DNA from: Parasitella parasitica NRRL 2501
Taxonomy: Eukaryota; Fungi; Mucoromycota
Length of the DNA: 57,326 nt
Direction of reading: 5' to 3'
NCBI GenBank assembly: GCA_025201805.1
Contig: MU619295.1
Span: 54,760-112,085 of the forward strand
Below are positions 11,879 through 27,093 of the stretch, piece by piece. A program made the position numbers and the translations under genes. Under the pieces are notes generated by a model. The model had not been told where the DNA came from, did no database searches, and was given only the letters and a program-made list of their open reading frames with translations. Position 1 is the first letter of the stretch. Every line of letters begins with the position of its first letter.

Positions 11879-14038
11879 CAGCAGAATTATATACAAAGAA
11901 TACCCCTCTTATTTTAACAACAAAAAAATAAATGTATCATTATTTGTAGTAAATGCACGGCAGTGTTTTTTAAAGTTGTTAAAAATATTGTCTAAAGCAA
12001 CTGTTATCGACCATATTAATTTTGGTGCAGCGTAGATAGCCATTATGTTGCATCCAAAAATTGTTGATAATCAGTCAAGAAATGAATAGGATATGCCAGA
12101 TGGTATAACAGATCCAAATCAATTTGATCCGTTTTGTCAAGGAATGTATTATTAGATGAGCTGTTTCTAGAAATTTATTGCAGCCTTCTTCTTGTTATAA
12201 GCCTGCTGAACGTACACATACTGATGCCTCAATTTATTTGTATAAAATATGATGGAACTTGTGGTTGGCAGGTCTTTGATCACACATTTAACAATTATAT
12301 TCTAGTAATAGATTAAAATGGGAAATGCTGGCAATTTCAATACTGGGTACATGCAATAGAAGCCGTATGGTATAGATTCCATTACTTTGTAATGCCTACT
12401 ATCGATTTCTTAGTAAAGACGATTTACAGAAATCTGTCAATAATCCACATCTGTTACCTTGTCAACCCGAGACTTCGGAATCATAAAAACCCGCTTTCCG
12501 ATTGAACGTTGTAATATCATGAACACTTTTGTTGATTCAGAACAACTCACGGTGCAATTGTTTTTGCTAATCTAATCCTAATTACATTTGAATAAAACGT
12601 ATGTATGAAAATCAGCCCATAACCCACAGCAAATCCTAAGCAACTTACTATCAAGAAGCAATGAAAAGACTGAGATATATATGGGAGTACTGATATGAAG
12701 AGTGCGAAGCAGCTGCCATGATATTAGGCGATTCTTCATGTTAAGTCATTACAGAAACAGTTACGATTTATTGATTTAGGATGCATAGTACGCGCTTGGA
12801 AGCTTAGCTGAAGGTCAACCATTGTCATACTTCTTTTTCTTATTAATACGTTAGTTTTAACAAACAAAAGGTATCCAGCACAAATTTAGAATCGTGCTAA
12901 AAGCGATATTGGAAAAGCAGCAAATTGCTTTTAAATTGGCAGAAAATGCTTCAAACACTAAAAGCTATGATGGTAGTGATTGCGGGATATTTAGACTTTT
13001 TCACTCCATGCATATATCACAAGAGGGCGAAGTGTAAATAAGCAAATACTGGAATCAATCTAATGGCTATATTTTGTTCGTCTCGTCTTTCTCTTCAAAA
13101 TTAATAGGGACTTTTGACTTGGTGTTGTCAGTTAAATATAACGTGTTGGTGATTGTCATATGCAAATCCACTTATCGACTAATCGTTACAATCTCAAACA
13201 TTCATGATACAGAACTAAATGTTTCACGAACGCCGTAAAATGCATAATTCGATTTTAAATAAAGAAAATCAAATTTAGTGCGTTATAAAAAACAACAACA
13301 AAGCCCTTTGACCATGCATGCGGAAACTGCAGCGTTATAATAGTGTTTAAAATCATATTTTATGATTTTATCTTAGGCACCTTCCATAACAGGTTATTTG
13401 TTTATTTTATTTTTTATCAAATCGACTAAAATTAGTAAACCCGGCCATGCACTGCCGTCGTTAAGATGGGCTCTCCTTTTTTCTGAATGAATTCACTGAC
13501 ATACTGCAAGTAATTTAATCTAGCCTATATAACACAGAAAATTAAGTTTTCAGTTATTATAAACGCTATATGATAAGAAAAAAGCAAAAAAAAGAAGAAA
13601 AGTTAAATGTTTGTTTACGTCGAATTTCAAAGCAAAATGTTTCATCTGCAAAAGTCTCATTGTTTGATATTTTTGAGCAAATAGATCATTTTTGATCACG
13701 ATGATGCATTTAATAATTACTGTAAATACATGTTGCGTCAACATATTCAATTCGCTTTAAAGGAGCAGCAAGAAAAAAGTGTTTGAGTGGCATATTCTGT
13801 TACGTTTATTTGCACTCCTCCTTTTTTTTTTTTGACTTGAACATATGAAATTGAGGGGTAAATGATCAGTTTGAGACACGTGTTAAATAACACAGTTTAA
13901 ACAAGATCATGTCAAGCCGAATCATCAAACTTGGTTGTATTTTGCTAAAGGAGGATTTTGTTTATTTATTGGGCGGTAAGAAGTGCCAGCCTGATTTTCC
14001 ATCTCTTTTCTCTTTTTGTTTATTTTCTATTTTTTAAT

Positions 14039-16949
14039 ATGAATAAATCAACTATTCTGTATGTTGCGATAACCATCATATGCTGTATAAGATCATTTCA
14101 GCTATACTTTTCATCGACACAAGAATTAAGATCTGTGGAAGGCCATTCCTGGCTACCAACTTCGAAAAAATTAAACTTTACTAGAGAATCCAGCACTATT
14201 GATCGCCTCAAAAATGATTCCATTGTGCTCGGTGCGGAATCTGACAATATGTTCTATTTCGTTCATGTAACAAAAATTGGTCGACGTTGTCTCTACTCAC
14301 CCATCTCATATATTTTTACATGTATATTTAAAAGGCTACGGACCTACATTTATCGAGATTTAGACCAAAAGGACATACATACCACTTTTTGCACTTTATT
14401 CAGTCCGTCTTGCCTGTTGTCAAGTAAGTATCTTTATCTCTCTGTTGCAGTCTTGGCTGACCAATCTTGTAAATAAAACAGACCCGAATTTGTTGTTGTC
14501 ACAGGCGACCTAACAGACGCCAAAGACAAGAAGAGAGTAACTTCACAGCAGTACATTGACGAATGGAATGTATATCAAACAGCAATTAAGGAAAAAGTAA
14601 CAGTTGACTGGTACGACATGCGAGGAAATCACGATTGCTTTGACTTGCCTTCCTGGCAATCACGGGTGAACTACTACCGCACACATGGCCATAGTGCAGG
14701 TTTGGTTGAACAAGGCAAAGGTGTCTATTCGTGGCAAGTAAATCAGCCTACTGGCAAATACCAATTTGTTGCCATTGATGCATGGTAAGTGCTTTATCTA
14801 GCCCTTAAAAATGCAACAGCTAAATTGTCCTAGTCCCAAGCGTGGGCCCTCAAGACCTTTGAATTTCTTTGGCTATCTCACATCGAAAACAATGGATCAG
14901 CTTGAAAATGCTCTGATATCAAAGCCTTATAACCACACATTTGTCGTAAGCAAACATATGCAGCGAATGAATAAGATTGCTGATATATATATTTTTTTTT
15001 GTTTCAAGTTTTCGCATTATCCCACCTCAACAATGGTGTTTGGCGTTTCGAAAAAAGGAAGAACGTTTCGAGATTTAGCAAGCCATTACAGCATTTATTT
15101 TTGCGGCCATCTTCATAAGCTGATAGCCGGTGCGTATGAATCATCCCGAAATAACTTGTCCATGCCTGTCTCATAATATTTATACATGCTTAGGCTTGGG
15201 AGATGTGCTTAAATCGTACGACCCTGTTACCAAATCACTCGAACTAGAACTAGGCGACTTGAAGGAGCACGGACTCTACCGAATCGTTGCAGTTGACCAT
15301 GACTTGATTTCGTTTGTTGATTTGCAGTTGCCATTGGACCAGATCCCAAAAAAGGGCCCTGTTAACTCACAAGGCCTTGTTCAGCCAATGCAAGATGACA
15401 AAATCATTTGGCCTAATCTTGTTCAACCTGCTCCTGCTATTTTGGTTACAAATCCCAAAGATGCTCGATTTTCATTACCGTCAAAAGAGCCATTATGGCG
15501 CATTCGTCAGAGTAGCCACATTCGATTTCTTGTATTCTCGAATGAAACGATGGAAAATCTGCAAGTGGAAATTCTTATTGACGGCAAGTTACACCCATAT
15601 CCAGCAGCGTTTGTAGGTAACACAAAGAACCCTCTTTGGGCTGCTCCCTGGGACCCCTCTTTGTTTGAAGATAGAAAAACGCATCAGTTAACAGTTCGTG
15701 TCACTACATCAGACAACTCTTCGGGTACGTCCAACACAATCTTCCGCGTGGACACTCATCGAATCAAAATTGGCGGTGGCTCTGGCGAATTCATCATCAA
15801 GTCTAAAATGTCCACTGTAGTAAGTAACACTGTCTCCTGATGGGTCAATGCTTTCCCAACTTACAGTGTTTTTGTTTTTAGCTCCAATGTATTACTATCT
15901 TTACAATGACCGCCGTGCTACTACTTTTGTTGATACCAAAGTTTTTTGCGCCTCAATATGAAACTGATGTGTATAGCAAGAAACGTATCAATCGATTACT
16001 GCTCCGTATTCATACAATCGACCAAACCAAAAAGAAGACGCCGTATCTCAAGATCCAAAAGAGCATCTTGACCTGGTCATTTCGATTTTTGCAATTGCCC
16101 CAAGACCAGCCTGTAGTGTGGCACCTCACTTTTATTTACATTCTGGCGCTACTAACCTTGCCATGGTTTAGAGCCGACTTTATACCCTCTGGGACCACAA
16201 ATGCTGAACGTTACGGTATTTTCTACATGTGGGGCATGGTCTTTGGTGGCGAATGGGTACCTATCGCCGACACGTGGATGTTTGCTGCCGAGCAAACAAC
16301 GCTGGACGTATTTGCCTTTTTCTTTCTTGTCACTTGGAGAGGCACGGATGCAAGCGATCTCCTGTGTCGAGGTGCAGTCGCAGAGCATCGTCATGTCAGT
16401 GACACTAAAACTGCTGCTACACCCTCTGCCCTCAAAGAGAAGCAGCGCCGTCAGCTAAACGAAATGGCATGGTTCAAAGGGTTGGAGGTGATATATTGGC
16501 TTTGGCGATCTAGCGAACTTGTCGCACTGGCTTCTTTCTACGGCGGTATCTGGCCTACCTTGGTCCAAAACATCAATGTGTACTGGATGCTTTTTTCAGG
16601 CTATACACTTGCTTTTGGAAAGAATGGCGTCATGTGTAAACGAAAGAGACAGAAGAATATAATTTTGGTCATGGTTGAAGGCTGCGTAGCATGCCAGCAG
16701 CACGACGCCCTCATATCTTTGGTAGAAGCAGAACATGAAAAGAAAGCCCCTTTGAATGATGATGGCAATGCACTACATTACAACAGTAGCACATCTATCA
16801 ATGCAACTACGCTTACTCAAGAAGAAGAGCAGCAAAAGGTTAGCTTTATGGGCCCGAGCACCTCAAGTGGAAGCAGCAGTTGTAGTAGCAGCACCCCTTT
16901 TGATGGCTTACCACATGTCAAAAGTCGAAAAAGACAGTTGAAAATTTAA
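14039..16949 (+). CDS. TMEM62: TMEM62-like calcineurin-like metallophosphoesterase membrane protein, 7 exons
   Basis: TDLH, TGDLTD, RGNHD, SHYP, CGHLH motifs, LELELGDLKE..YRIVAVDHDL, followed by multiple TM helices. Confidence 0.85.
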
Positions 16950-17138
16950 TCCTCTCACCATGTATTTCTAATAATAAAACTCCCCCCCCCCCTACGATTT
17001 TGCATATACTAATATGATAATTCAGATTTTTACGACTTTACTTTTGTGCAAGAATGCTACGAAGTTGTTATTGTTGTTATTAAATTAAAAATCTAGAAAT
17101 TGTATGTAAATTGTAAAAAAAATAATTGTAAATGCTAT

Positions 17139-20100
17139 TTAGTTTGTATTGCTGTTACTGCCAGCCAAGACTTGAGCAGCATGAGAAGTTTGAACAGAAG
17201 AGAAACGACGCATTTCTTTGGGATCCATCTTGTTCTTGCTTGAACCCATGAGTTTTTGAGCAAAGTTTTGAGGACGCTCCATTGATCTGAGAGACTTGGT
17301 ACGATTGGCATAGTATCTTGCAGAAGAAGTACCAGAGATAGCAGAGGCACGACGAGAAGCAGTGATCTTGGCATCTTCGTGATCCCCCTTCTTGGGCTCA
17401 AAGACACGTTGCATAGCGAATTTCAAAAGATCCATGGGGGCAAACCAAATGAAATTCCAAACCCAAGCTATAAAGATGTTAGTTTATTGCAAATAGTATA
17501 AAGAATTGATCAAAATGCTTACCTATGCCTGCCCACTACACGTGCAATGTAACGAAAAGAAAGAAATTGTCAGTATAAACGACTATAATAGAATTATCTT
17601 CCAAAACTTACGTGCCAGCCACAGCCTTCGATTTGAGTAAAACCCCAGTCAGCGTAAACAGCGATAAAGGTAGCCACCAATTGGGCGACGATGAAAGAGC
17701 AGATCAAAAAAATTGAAGGACGTTCAGTAAAGAACCAGCCGCGAGAACGAGTGATAAAAATCAAACCCTGAGAAATGGTCGAGACTTGGAGATAGACAAC
17801 GGAATGAAGTATAAAGTCATTGGAGATGTCAAAATTCTTGACGCCAAATTTACGGTTAAAGAAGGTAGTCTTAAGAGCAACAGCGACAAAAGCGACGGTC
17901 GAAGCAGTAAGATAGAGACCATAGACAATGGCATAAGAGAAAATTTCTCTCAAATTCCAAGAATCAGGGAAGGGAGAAGGACGCACCCGATCTTTGGAGA
18001 TGGTCATAATGGTACCGTCGTTAAGCATGGCAATAATCAAAACCATGAAGGGAGGGAAGTCAAACTGGAAGGCCCAGATAAGGATAGAGAAACCAACAAC
18101 AATACGAATGGTGACAGAACAAGTATAGATGGAGTAATTACGCATACGTTGGAAAATTTGACGAGAACCGATGATAGCTTCGACAATGGTAGAGAGACCA
18201 GGAGCAGTCAAGACGATATCAGCAGCAGAGCGAGCAGCATCAGAAGCGTCAGCAACAGCTACACCAACGTTAGCCTTCGAAAGAGCAGGGGCATCGTTAA
18301 CACCATCACCAGTCATAGCAACCATAAGACCCATATTTTGAAGGCGCTCGACAATTTCGTACTTGTGTTCAGGGTAGACACCAGCAAAACCGTCAGCATG
18401 AAGAACCATTTGGTCAACGTCGGTGTAACCAGAGCCAGCGGGAGGGCCCTCCTTCAACGTCTTGGACAAGAACATGTTGTCACCCATTCCAAGACGACGT
18501 CCGGTTTCCTTCGCGATGGCGAGTTGATCACCAGTAATCATCTTGACACCAACACCAAGAGCTTGAGCACGGTCAATAGTTTCCTTGGTATCCGATCTGG
18601 GTGGATCATAAATAGGTAGAAGACCAACAAGCTTGAAACCGAGACCTTCACTATCAACTACACCAGAGGGCACTTCATCAATGGCAACAGCAAGAGCACG
18701 AAGACCACGACGAGCAAATTCATCAACATCATCATTAAGAGCCTTAATTTGTGCTTCATTCTTATCGCGAGTGCAGAGATCCAAAATCATATGAGACATA
18801 CCCTTTGTGACACGATAGGTCTTGCCATCATCGTCGCGCTTGTAAGTGATCTCGGTACGCTTGATAACGGGGTTGAAAGGCTTGAAGTCCAATTCAGTGA
18901 TACCAGCACGAGCTTTGGTGGGATCAGGGAGGGAGTTGGTAATACAGAAATCAATGGCATCTTGATTTTCAAGACGAGAAGCATAGGCAGAGAAACGGAT
19001 AACATCGTCAGTATCGTACTCAGGACCGTATGTCTTGATAGTGGGCTTATCAACAATAAGCTTGTTCAAAGTAAGAGTGCCAGTTTTATCTGAGCACAAG
19101 ATGGTAACAGCGGCCATTTCTTCAATAGCAGTAATACGGGTAACAATAGCCATATGTTCAGCAAGTTGCTTGGCACCGATAGCGAGGGTAACAGACAATA
19201 CAGTGGGCATAGCAATGGGAATACCACCAATGAGCAAGACAAGCATGTTGTCAATACCACGTCTGTACCTGTAATGGAAGCGAGCATATTGTACGATAAT
19301 AACGACAAGCAAGAAAAGAGAAATAGTACATAGACAAAAGTTACCAATCTTGGCTAAAATAGTCTGCAAATGGCCAACATCATCACCGGCTTCACCGACC
19401 AACTTGGCAGCACGACCAAAGAAGGTGTTTGTACCAGTACCGATGACAACAGCTTCAGCCTCACCTTGCTTTACAGTAGAACCAGAGAAAACCTCATCAC
19501 CAGCTTCTTTGCCAACAGGCAAGGACTCACCAGTAAGAGCAGCTTGATCAATAGAAACATCACCATGAGCCTATATCATACCCGAAAGAGTTTCATATTT
19601 AATGACATGGGTTTCACATGAATCAAAGTAATTTTACTTACGGTAAGAAGACGACCATCAGCGGGAATAACATCACCAAGCTTGACACCGATAATATCAC
19701 CGGGAACAAGCTCACTGGCTTCGAGGGTCTTCCACTCACCATCACGTCTAACCTTACATTCAGGAGCAAGAGAAGCCATCAAAGCCTTGACGGCGTTACC
19801 GGCTTGACGTTCTTCCAGGAAACCAATGGTGGCATTCGCAAACAACAAGAGAACGATACCAATGAAATCAGGATAATCTGGTGGTCTGTTTTCACCGTTG
19901 GAAAGCGCAATAGCAACAATAGCAGCTGCTTCCATGACCCAAGAAAGAGGGTTCCACATGAAGCCTAGAAATTGCAACAATGGATTCACTTCCTTTTGTT
20001 CAAGTTTGTTATGACCAAATTTCTCCACACGAGATTGGACTTCAGTGCTAGTTAGACCTTCGGGTTGAGTCCTAAAAAAATTAAATGTTAATGCTACTGT

Positions 20101-20273
20101 GAAGCAGATTTATTTTCAAGTGATACATACTGCAACAATTGCATGACATCTTGCTGTTCCATAGTAGAAAGATCATATTTCTCTTTATCGTAAAGATCCT
20201 CTACGGTGATGTTGTGGAAATCACCAGTAACCTTGGCGTGAGGTTGCTGTTGTTGTTGTTCGACTTCAGCCAT
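17139..20273 (-). CDS. PMA1: Plasma membrane H+-ATPase (P3A), 5 exons including a 13-nt microexon
   Basis: [48 protein letters not shown]; strong codon bias. Confidence 0.97.
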
Positions 20274-21820
20274 TTTTTGCAAATGTATATATCAACGTAT
20301 ATATCAAACAAGATTAGATTTATACAATTGATTTAATGTTGGGAAAGAAGGTAGATTAAGTGGAAAAAGTAATAAACAGTGTAATGGAGAAAACGCAATT
20401 GCAAATGATTGATTCGAAGTATTTATATATTAAGGTCTAATCTGGTCTCAAAGGATTTGGAACATCCGAGCAGGGGGGACCATATATATCAACGTCTGCC
20501 TATAATTATCAAAATAAAACTGCACAAATACGGTCAAGAAACAAGGTTTCATGTCAGTTTACAATACACATTATACATGTGAATTCGTTCAACCGCCGCA
20601 TGGATAATACTAAATACCATTGAGTAAAAAAATTCCCCGCAACTTCATAAACCCGATGATGGCAATATCTATCGTGGGCGCATGCGCACGTATGAAAGTT
20701 TTCCCTTCCGAATTTGCTTCGTATGTCAATTTGAAGATGGAGGCATAAACTTTGACGTCATTTAACTTGTTGCACAAAATCAAAATGAACAAAATCAAAA
20801 TGGTCAGTGCTAATGAGATTTCCCTTTTGACATGTCTACATCAATCATAATTTGCTGGTTTGACAGACATAAAAAGACTTTTATGGGATGTATTTTCGAT
20901 GTTATTGATAGATTGGGAAATGATCAATAAAGCCATGTTTATTCAGAATATCTTATCTCAGGTTTTTTAATTACCCGTAATGGAGAGCACCATAATAGCG
21001 ATGTTCTATCCAATCGGACAACTTGATCTGATGAGAACGCGTATTCCTAATTTGGCCTGATTTTGTGTACGTAAACTTTACCAACATAACATTACATGTT
21101 AATAAAGTAACGCATATTAAAAGTTTCTAACCTTTTGAACACTCAAGTTTTCAGATAAATAAATATTTGATTGGCAAAAAAATTGAATAAACGTATTAAT
21201 TTGGCTTTGATGACGAAGATTTACAATATACAGCGTCTAGTTAAAGTTTGCTTCTGAGGGAAGGACATTGTGTTCATAACAATAAATAATATCATATGTT
21301 TCATGGCAATCCCTTTGGGATAATCTACGAAAACAGGCCTTTTGAAGAAATATGGTCTTGATTACAGATTTTTTATGGATTTAAGCCGTTGATCGTTGCT
21401 ATATTATGTAAAATCGAATCATTTTCATTTCAAGTTTCATGTATCGCCCAAGATACAACCACAAGCTGAATGCCTTTTTTACGTGTGGAAACCTCCTGTC
21501 AAAATCAATATTTAGCCGGCGCAGTAGCTGACGATTTACTCCGGTGTATCCTAATCAAGAATTTTGTTTAGTTTTGATGGCATTTTTGATTTCGATTAAT
21601 CAACTTGTACTTGGTATACTTCCACGGCAACGGGTTCCGCCAAAAAAATTCAAGTTTTACGCACATTGGTATATTAATTCGCCATCTCTTATCAACCAAT
21701 GTGTAAAAAGAAAAAAATAGAGCTCTCAATTTAGGCGTCCCAACCATTGAAAATTTTTTCTTCAGATAATTAAGGTTGAGCATTCCTTCTTTGTTCTTTT
21801 TCTTCTCCCACTTCGTAGGT

Positions 21821-23323
21821 ATGCCTTCAGCAGAAAATAAAGTATTGGCAAGCGCCAAGTTCATATCTGAGGTACTTTGCAAAAAAAATCATGAAAAAGC
21901 ACAAAAAAAAGCAAATGGCTTTTCTTCATATTTAGAATAGTAAAAATGTCTCCATCCCAAAAGAAAATTTGAATAGTGCAGCAAAGACGGTATGTGAGAT
22001 AGAACATACCCACAGCAGCAAAAATGCTGAACTTTCATGAACTCTAGATTCTAAAGAACATGAAGATTCGAAAATACAGCACTAAAACCTGGAATGAGCA
22101 TCCATTGCATCCTAAAACAGCAGATTGCAAAACTGTTGATTGGTACAACATTAAAAAAAAAAAAAACTTAATGATGAGCACAACAAAGATTAAGTTTCTT
22201 CATTTAGGATTTTTCTAGTGGATTTATTGAACTTTTCTTTCTGGAGTGATTTAGACGTAAAAGATAAAAGCACGCCTCATCCAGACCGTTACGCTATAAG
22301 GTACAATGACACTTTATACACTGGATATTGGTCCTTGTGTGCAGCCATCAACAGAGCATTGGATCACAATATCCCCATTACCACTCCTGACTATCTGTTA
22401 AAAGCTTCCGATGCAGAATTAGCTGCCATTTTCAAATCTGATACAAAGGAAACTATCCCGATGCTTGATGAGAGAATTAGAGTCATGAGAGAAGCTGCTG
22501 AAGTGTTATGTCAGGTATGTGGGTTGTCGCACATAAGCAGCTGCATAATATGCTGACAGGGAAAATAGAAATTTGATGGCTCTTTCATAAACTGCATCAT
22601 CCAAGCGAATCAGTCAGCCTCGAATTTGTTAGACATCATAATCGAGAATTTTTCTTCATTCAAAGATGTACATAATTTCCATGGTAGAAAAGGTTAACCT
22701 TGTATATAGTAAATTATCTTGCGAAAATGTACTAAATAATGCGTTGTAGTCTATATTTTGAAGCGAGCTCAAATCTTGATTGCTGACTTGTGGTACAAAT
22801 ATGTGATGAAGTACATGTCAAATGAGCACACGTTTTAAATTAATTTGAATTTTAGGGCATGTTTTGACGGAAAAAGTTATGGCGCGTTTATTGATATTGA
22901 TGCCATCACAATGTTTGCAGATTATAGGTATATAGCTTGTTATCTTGTATGGTTAGACTGTCGTGTTAATTAAATTCTTCTTAAATAGAGTTCCTCAGGT
23001 ATGAAGAAAATGACTCTAATTCTGTTAAAGTTAAACTTCATGTTTAATAGGCACTGTATCAACTTGGTTTATTACGTTATTCACCTCAACTGATCAAGAA
23101 ATTAGAAAATCGAGAATACTTCCCGTCAGGATCAGAAGACGAGGTAGAGATTCGAGGCAATTCGATTTGGGCAGTGGAATTGGCGAGAGATGCCATAAGC
23201 AAAATTGATCCAACAGTCAACATAAATGCAATTTTGATTGACTTCTACATTTGGGATATGGCTAAAGAAATTCAAGATCAAATGACCGTGCCTACTCACT
23301 GCACAAGAAGCTGTTTTTACTGA
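21821..23323 (+). CDS. QNG1: Queuosine salvage protein (DUF2419/C9orf64), 9 exons
   Basis: HPLHP, LNFSFWSD, YTGYWSLCAAINRAL, KRAQILIADLW, ITMFADYRVPQ, EVEIRG.SIWAVE, IDFYIWD, C-terminal HCTRSCFY. Confidence 0.9.
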
Positions 23324-24117
23324 TCTACTTGACTCCAATCCTCATCTTTTTACTGCATGTGAATCCTTTCCTCTTTAGAAAATAAACTCAAAACATCCGA
23401 TGTTTGAATCTGAACTCTATTATGTAATTGATAGCTGTGTCTGCCCTTGATTACGGCGATCTCCTTAATTTATCTGTACTTTTTGATTTCTGTTTGTTAT
23501 GTTCACACTTAAATATACAGTGGCTCCATTGTTTTCAAAACCAGGGCATTTAATGGTATTACAGTAGTAAGCGCCTGCGCAACGTTTGGTGATTCTTTTG
23601 TTTCTGACATGTTTGTATTCAAAGTACAACGAGATCTATATTCTTCTCCATTTTTTTTTTTGTCTGGGTAATAGTTGTTACTTTTCAATAAAACCCATCC
23701 TGCCTCAATATTCGACCGATCAGAGGTTTGAAGTTGTTTAATTGAAGTTCACTCCAAGGATTTCGATATTAGATTCAATTGGGATTTTTAGAGAAAAACG
23801 ATTCCTTGGAGGGGAGTGATATTGTATTAATTTACTTGGACATAATGTTTGACAATAGGTAGTGCTTTATAACGCTTTAGCAGTGATATTATACGACCCT
23901 AGTATCTGTTTCTCGGAATATTTAATACCCCCTTTTTGTAGCACCCTCTTTTACGCAAAACCCTACATCAACCATTATTATCCAGTTTTGGATATATTAT
24001 AAAAAAAATTATCAGGCAATTTTCACTCGTTTATTTTGAAACTTATCGATATAATATCGATTGAAAGCTGGTTGGAGGCTTTTCACATTGACATAAAACA
24101 CTTCACCAGAGTAAAAA

Positions 24118-27093
24118 TCAAATGTTTGACCATGTTAAGCGAATAACATGATCTGTCTTTCTTTGTGTTGGTTTAATAAATCCTAAAAATTGAAGTTCTG
24201 CAACAGATCGAATAAATCGTGCTCTGGGTACGCAAGAAAAACGATTAGTTATAGCCACGGATAATATTTTTAGTCAATCAACTTACTGCACTTCATTTTC
24301 TTCCAGCTTTTGATTCGGAGACCTTTTTTCTCTTTCGATGATACATCCAAATGCCACAAACCAATCATACAAGTTGATCATTCTGCCACATTCGAGATAT
24401 AATTTGTACAAAATACAAGTATCATGTTCTGATGAAAGAATTTGGTCGCTTTTTTTTATATTACAACATGAACAGAACATGTAATGTTGGGGCTGTGTCA
24501 AAGCCGTTTGAACTGAGGCGCGAGGTTGGGATGCAAATGACTGACAAAGAAGGTTTAGCGAACGTCAGCAGTATTTCAAACGGGAATCTTTTTACCTTTT
24601 CGTGTAGTTTTATACTGGTATAGTAAATCAGTTCGTGCAGGGGCAATTGAGTAAAAGATCTTAAATGATAACTGCAAGCGCGAAATTAGATGCATTATTG
24701 CGATAGGAACAAAAAAAAAAAACGTTTACTTACACTAGTAGTTTTTCAATCCATTCCGCTAGTCCCACTGCAATTTTAGATGCTTCACTGCCCTTGTTCT
24801 TGATATGTTCAATTGAATGTGTCTGCACTTTTTTTGCTGTTTCCGTAAATCGACTCGAAGGCACATCTGGTAATGACATCTCCTTGAAACTTTGAGTTTG
24901 ACTATTGTTTGAGCCCATAGCATGATGAACTCTTTGTTGCCATTCATCCAGCTGTTCAATTGCCGAAGCGTTGATCTTGTGGTAATCTGGTTTCTCAAGA
25001 AATTGGCGTAGTTCCGCCAATAATTTACCAATATGCTCTTGGTCTATCCTTCTTATTAAGATGACCAGTGACTTGACAAGATCTCCCTTTTCCGCGAATC
25101 CTTCGTTTGCATCCAATGCTTCAAGTAATACTAATCGCTTTGTTTTTCGTAGGCTGGCAAATGAGGTGAATGATGGGAATTGCGTCTGAAGTAAAACGAG
25201 CAAATTGATCCCTAATTTAAATTCTTGCTGGTAAACTTTAATGTCTTGAAGCAAATGTGGGATAACTCGAGTGATTAAATATTTGTCGTCTTCTAGTAAT
25301 CGTAGTGCTTTTTTCGGATCTTTTGGTGCAAGTGATTCAATGTAAGCTTTGAATGATGTGAGCATGCGAATATGGGTAATATGATGTTCGTTGATCGTTT
25401 CTTTTGCCATCCATTCGGTCAAATATTCTTTCATTCTTGATTCATCGTACTGCATCAAAGGTAAAAAGATTGAAAGTGGATTGCCATAAAAGTGATGCAT
25501 GTATGCATACTATGAGAGAGTGTCAATTCATACCAATCCCTGTGTGCCATGCATGTGTTTACTTACCTTAAGACTAGCAGTTACTTTTCTGATAGAGAAA
25601 TCGTGCAGATAAAAGTGATCTAACAGGAATTTATAAGGCCGAGCTCCAAATTTGATGGTACTGGTTGAATCAAGAAATATCTAAATCCCAATCCATAAAT
25701 AAATGAATGCTCCTCTTGCCTTCCGTGTAAATATTGTCTTACCTTTTCAATGACTCTATTGAACCAAACATCACTTTGTTCCAGCTTGAACTTTTCGATT
25801 CTTAATAATCCAATTGTTGATTTGCTCAATGATTGATGAAGAATCTCTGTGGATGTTGCGATGCCTATAATACAAACAATAGGCAGTCGAGATCTATATT
25901 CGCTGCAAATTGTAAAAAAATCTTGCACGACAGAAGGCTCGAATGATTCAAAGTCTTGGAGGATGACCACCAAGTTTGGGGAAGTAGTAGAGCGATTTGT
26001 TTGATAATTGTACCATCCTTCCAACAATTGCATATCGTATGGCAAGCATTTACTAGGTTTAGCTAGCATAGCTCCATTCCCAAGCTTGTAGGTGGCTGCT
26101 TGTCGCTGTGAATGAAGTACACATATATATATCAGCAAATGGCACTACATAAACTCTATTGTATTTTTCACCTCTGTTACTCTGATCATATCTTCGTCGT
26201 CCTCTGCATCATCTTCGTTTTCCTCTTCGTTGTCGTTAAAGCCATTGTCATCACTATCCATATCTTGTTCGTTAGAAAGAAATTTATCAATCATTGATTT
26301 TATCATTGTTTTGATAGTGAGACAATTTTTCGAATGTAATAATGCAACGAAGTCTCTCTTATTATGTTTAGTATCCACCGGCGATCCTCGTAATTTCGAT
26401 GCAATATGTGCAAATTGTGAATCATGATCTGGCGTATTGACGCCTGCAAACACAAGGCCAGTTGGAATTTCGTGGAATGGTAATTTGATCAAACTTTAAA
26501 GGGCCTTTAGTATGCATAGGATACACATGTATTACAAGTTATACCTTTCATCCACATAGTGGTTATTGTCTACAAAATCACAAATTTTCTGTACAGCAGT
26601 TTGATTCATATCTAGCAAGATACTCTACACGAAGACAATTGCTTTTAACAAATTAGTGCATGGAATTAATTGAACACAGTACTGTTATTGTTTCATCCAC
26701 TTGATCCCAGCATTTTTTAAAATATTCTTTTCTAATCAACATGGATTCTACTGATTCTCTTCCGTTGAACAATTGTTGGAATCCATCATATAATAGCTTT
26801 TGGCTATCTTCCTCGGTACGTTGAGCAATCTTAATCTCTGAATGAATGAATAAATGAATACGTCAATGAAAGTTAACCATATCAATCATCAAATTACTTT
26901 TTCTATTTGCGTTGGTTTTTTTTGCTTTAAAAGATTGAACATCATTATTCCGTCTCTTCTTCCCTGGCATTACCAAGAAACAGCCCTAACATTGATATAT
27001 AAGTATGCACAGTTACTGAAAGATATATATTATTATTACCTCTGAAATAGAATCAAAGTTATCCCGTACTAATGCTGCAGTTGTATTTGCCAT
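24118..27093 (-). CDS. ORC3: Origin recognition complex subunit 3, multi-exon
   Basis: SISEGCF start, [70 protein letters not shown]...RLTW end. Confidence 0.92.

Noticed and set aside
17786-19968. Long + strand ORFs (up to 277 aa) opposite PMA1
   Set aside because: Antisense shadows caused by strong codon bias; no motifs
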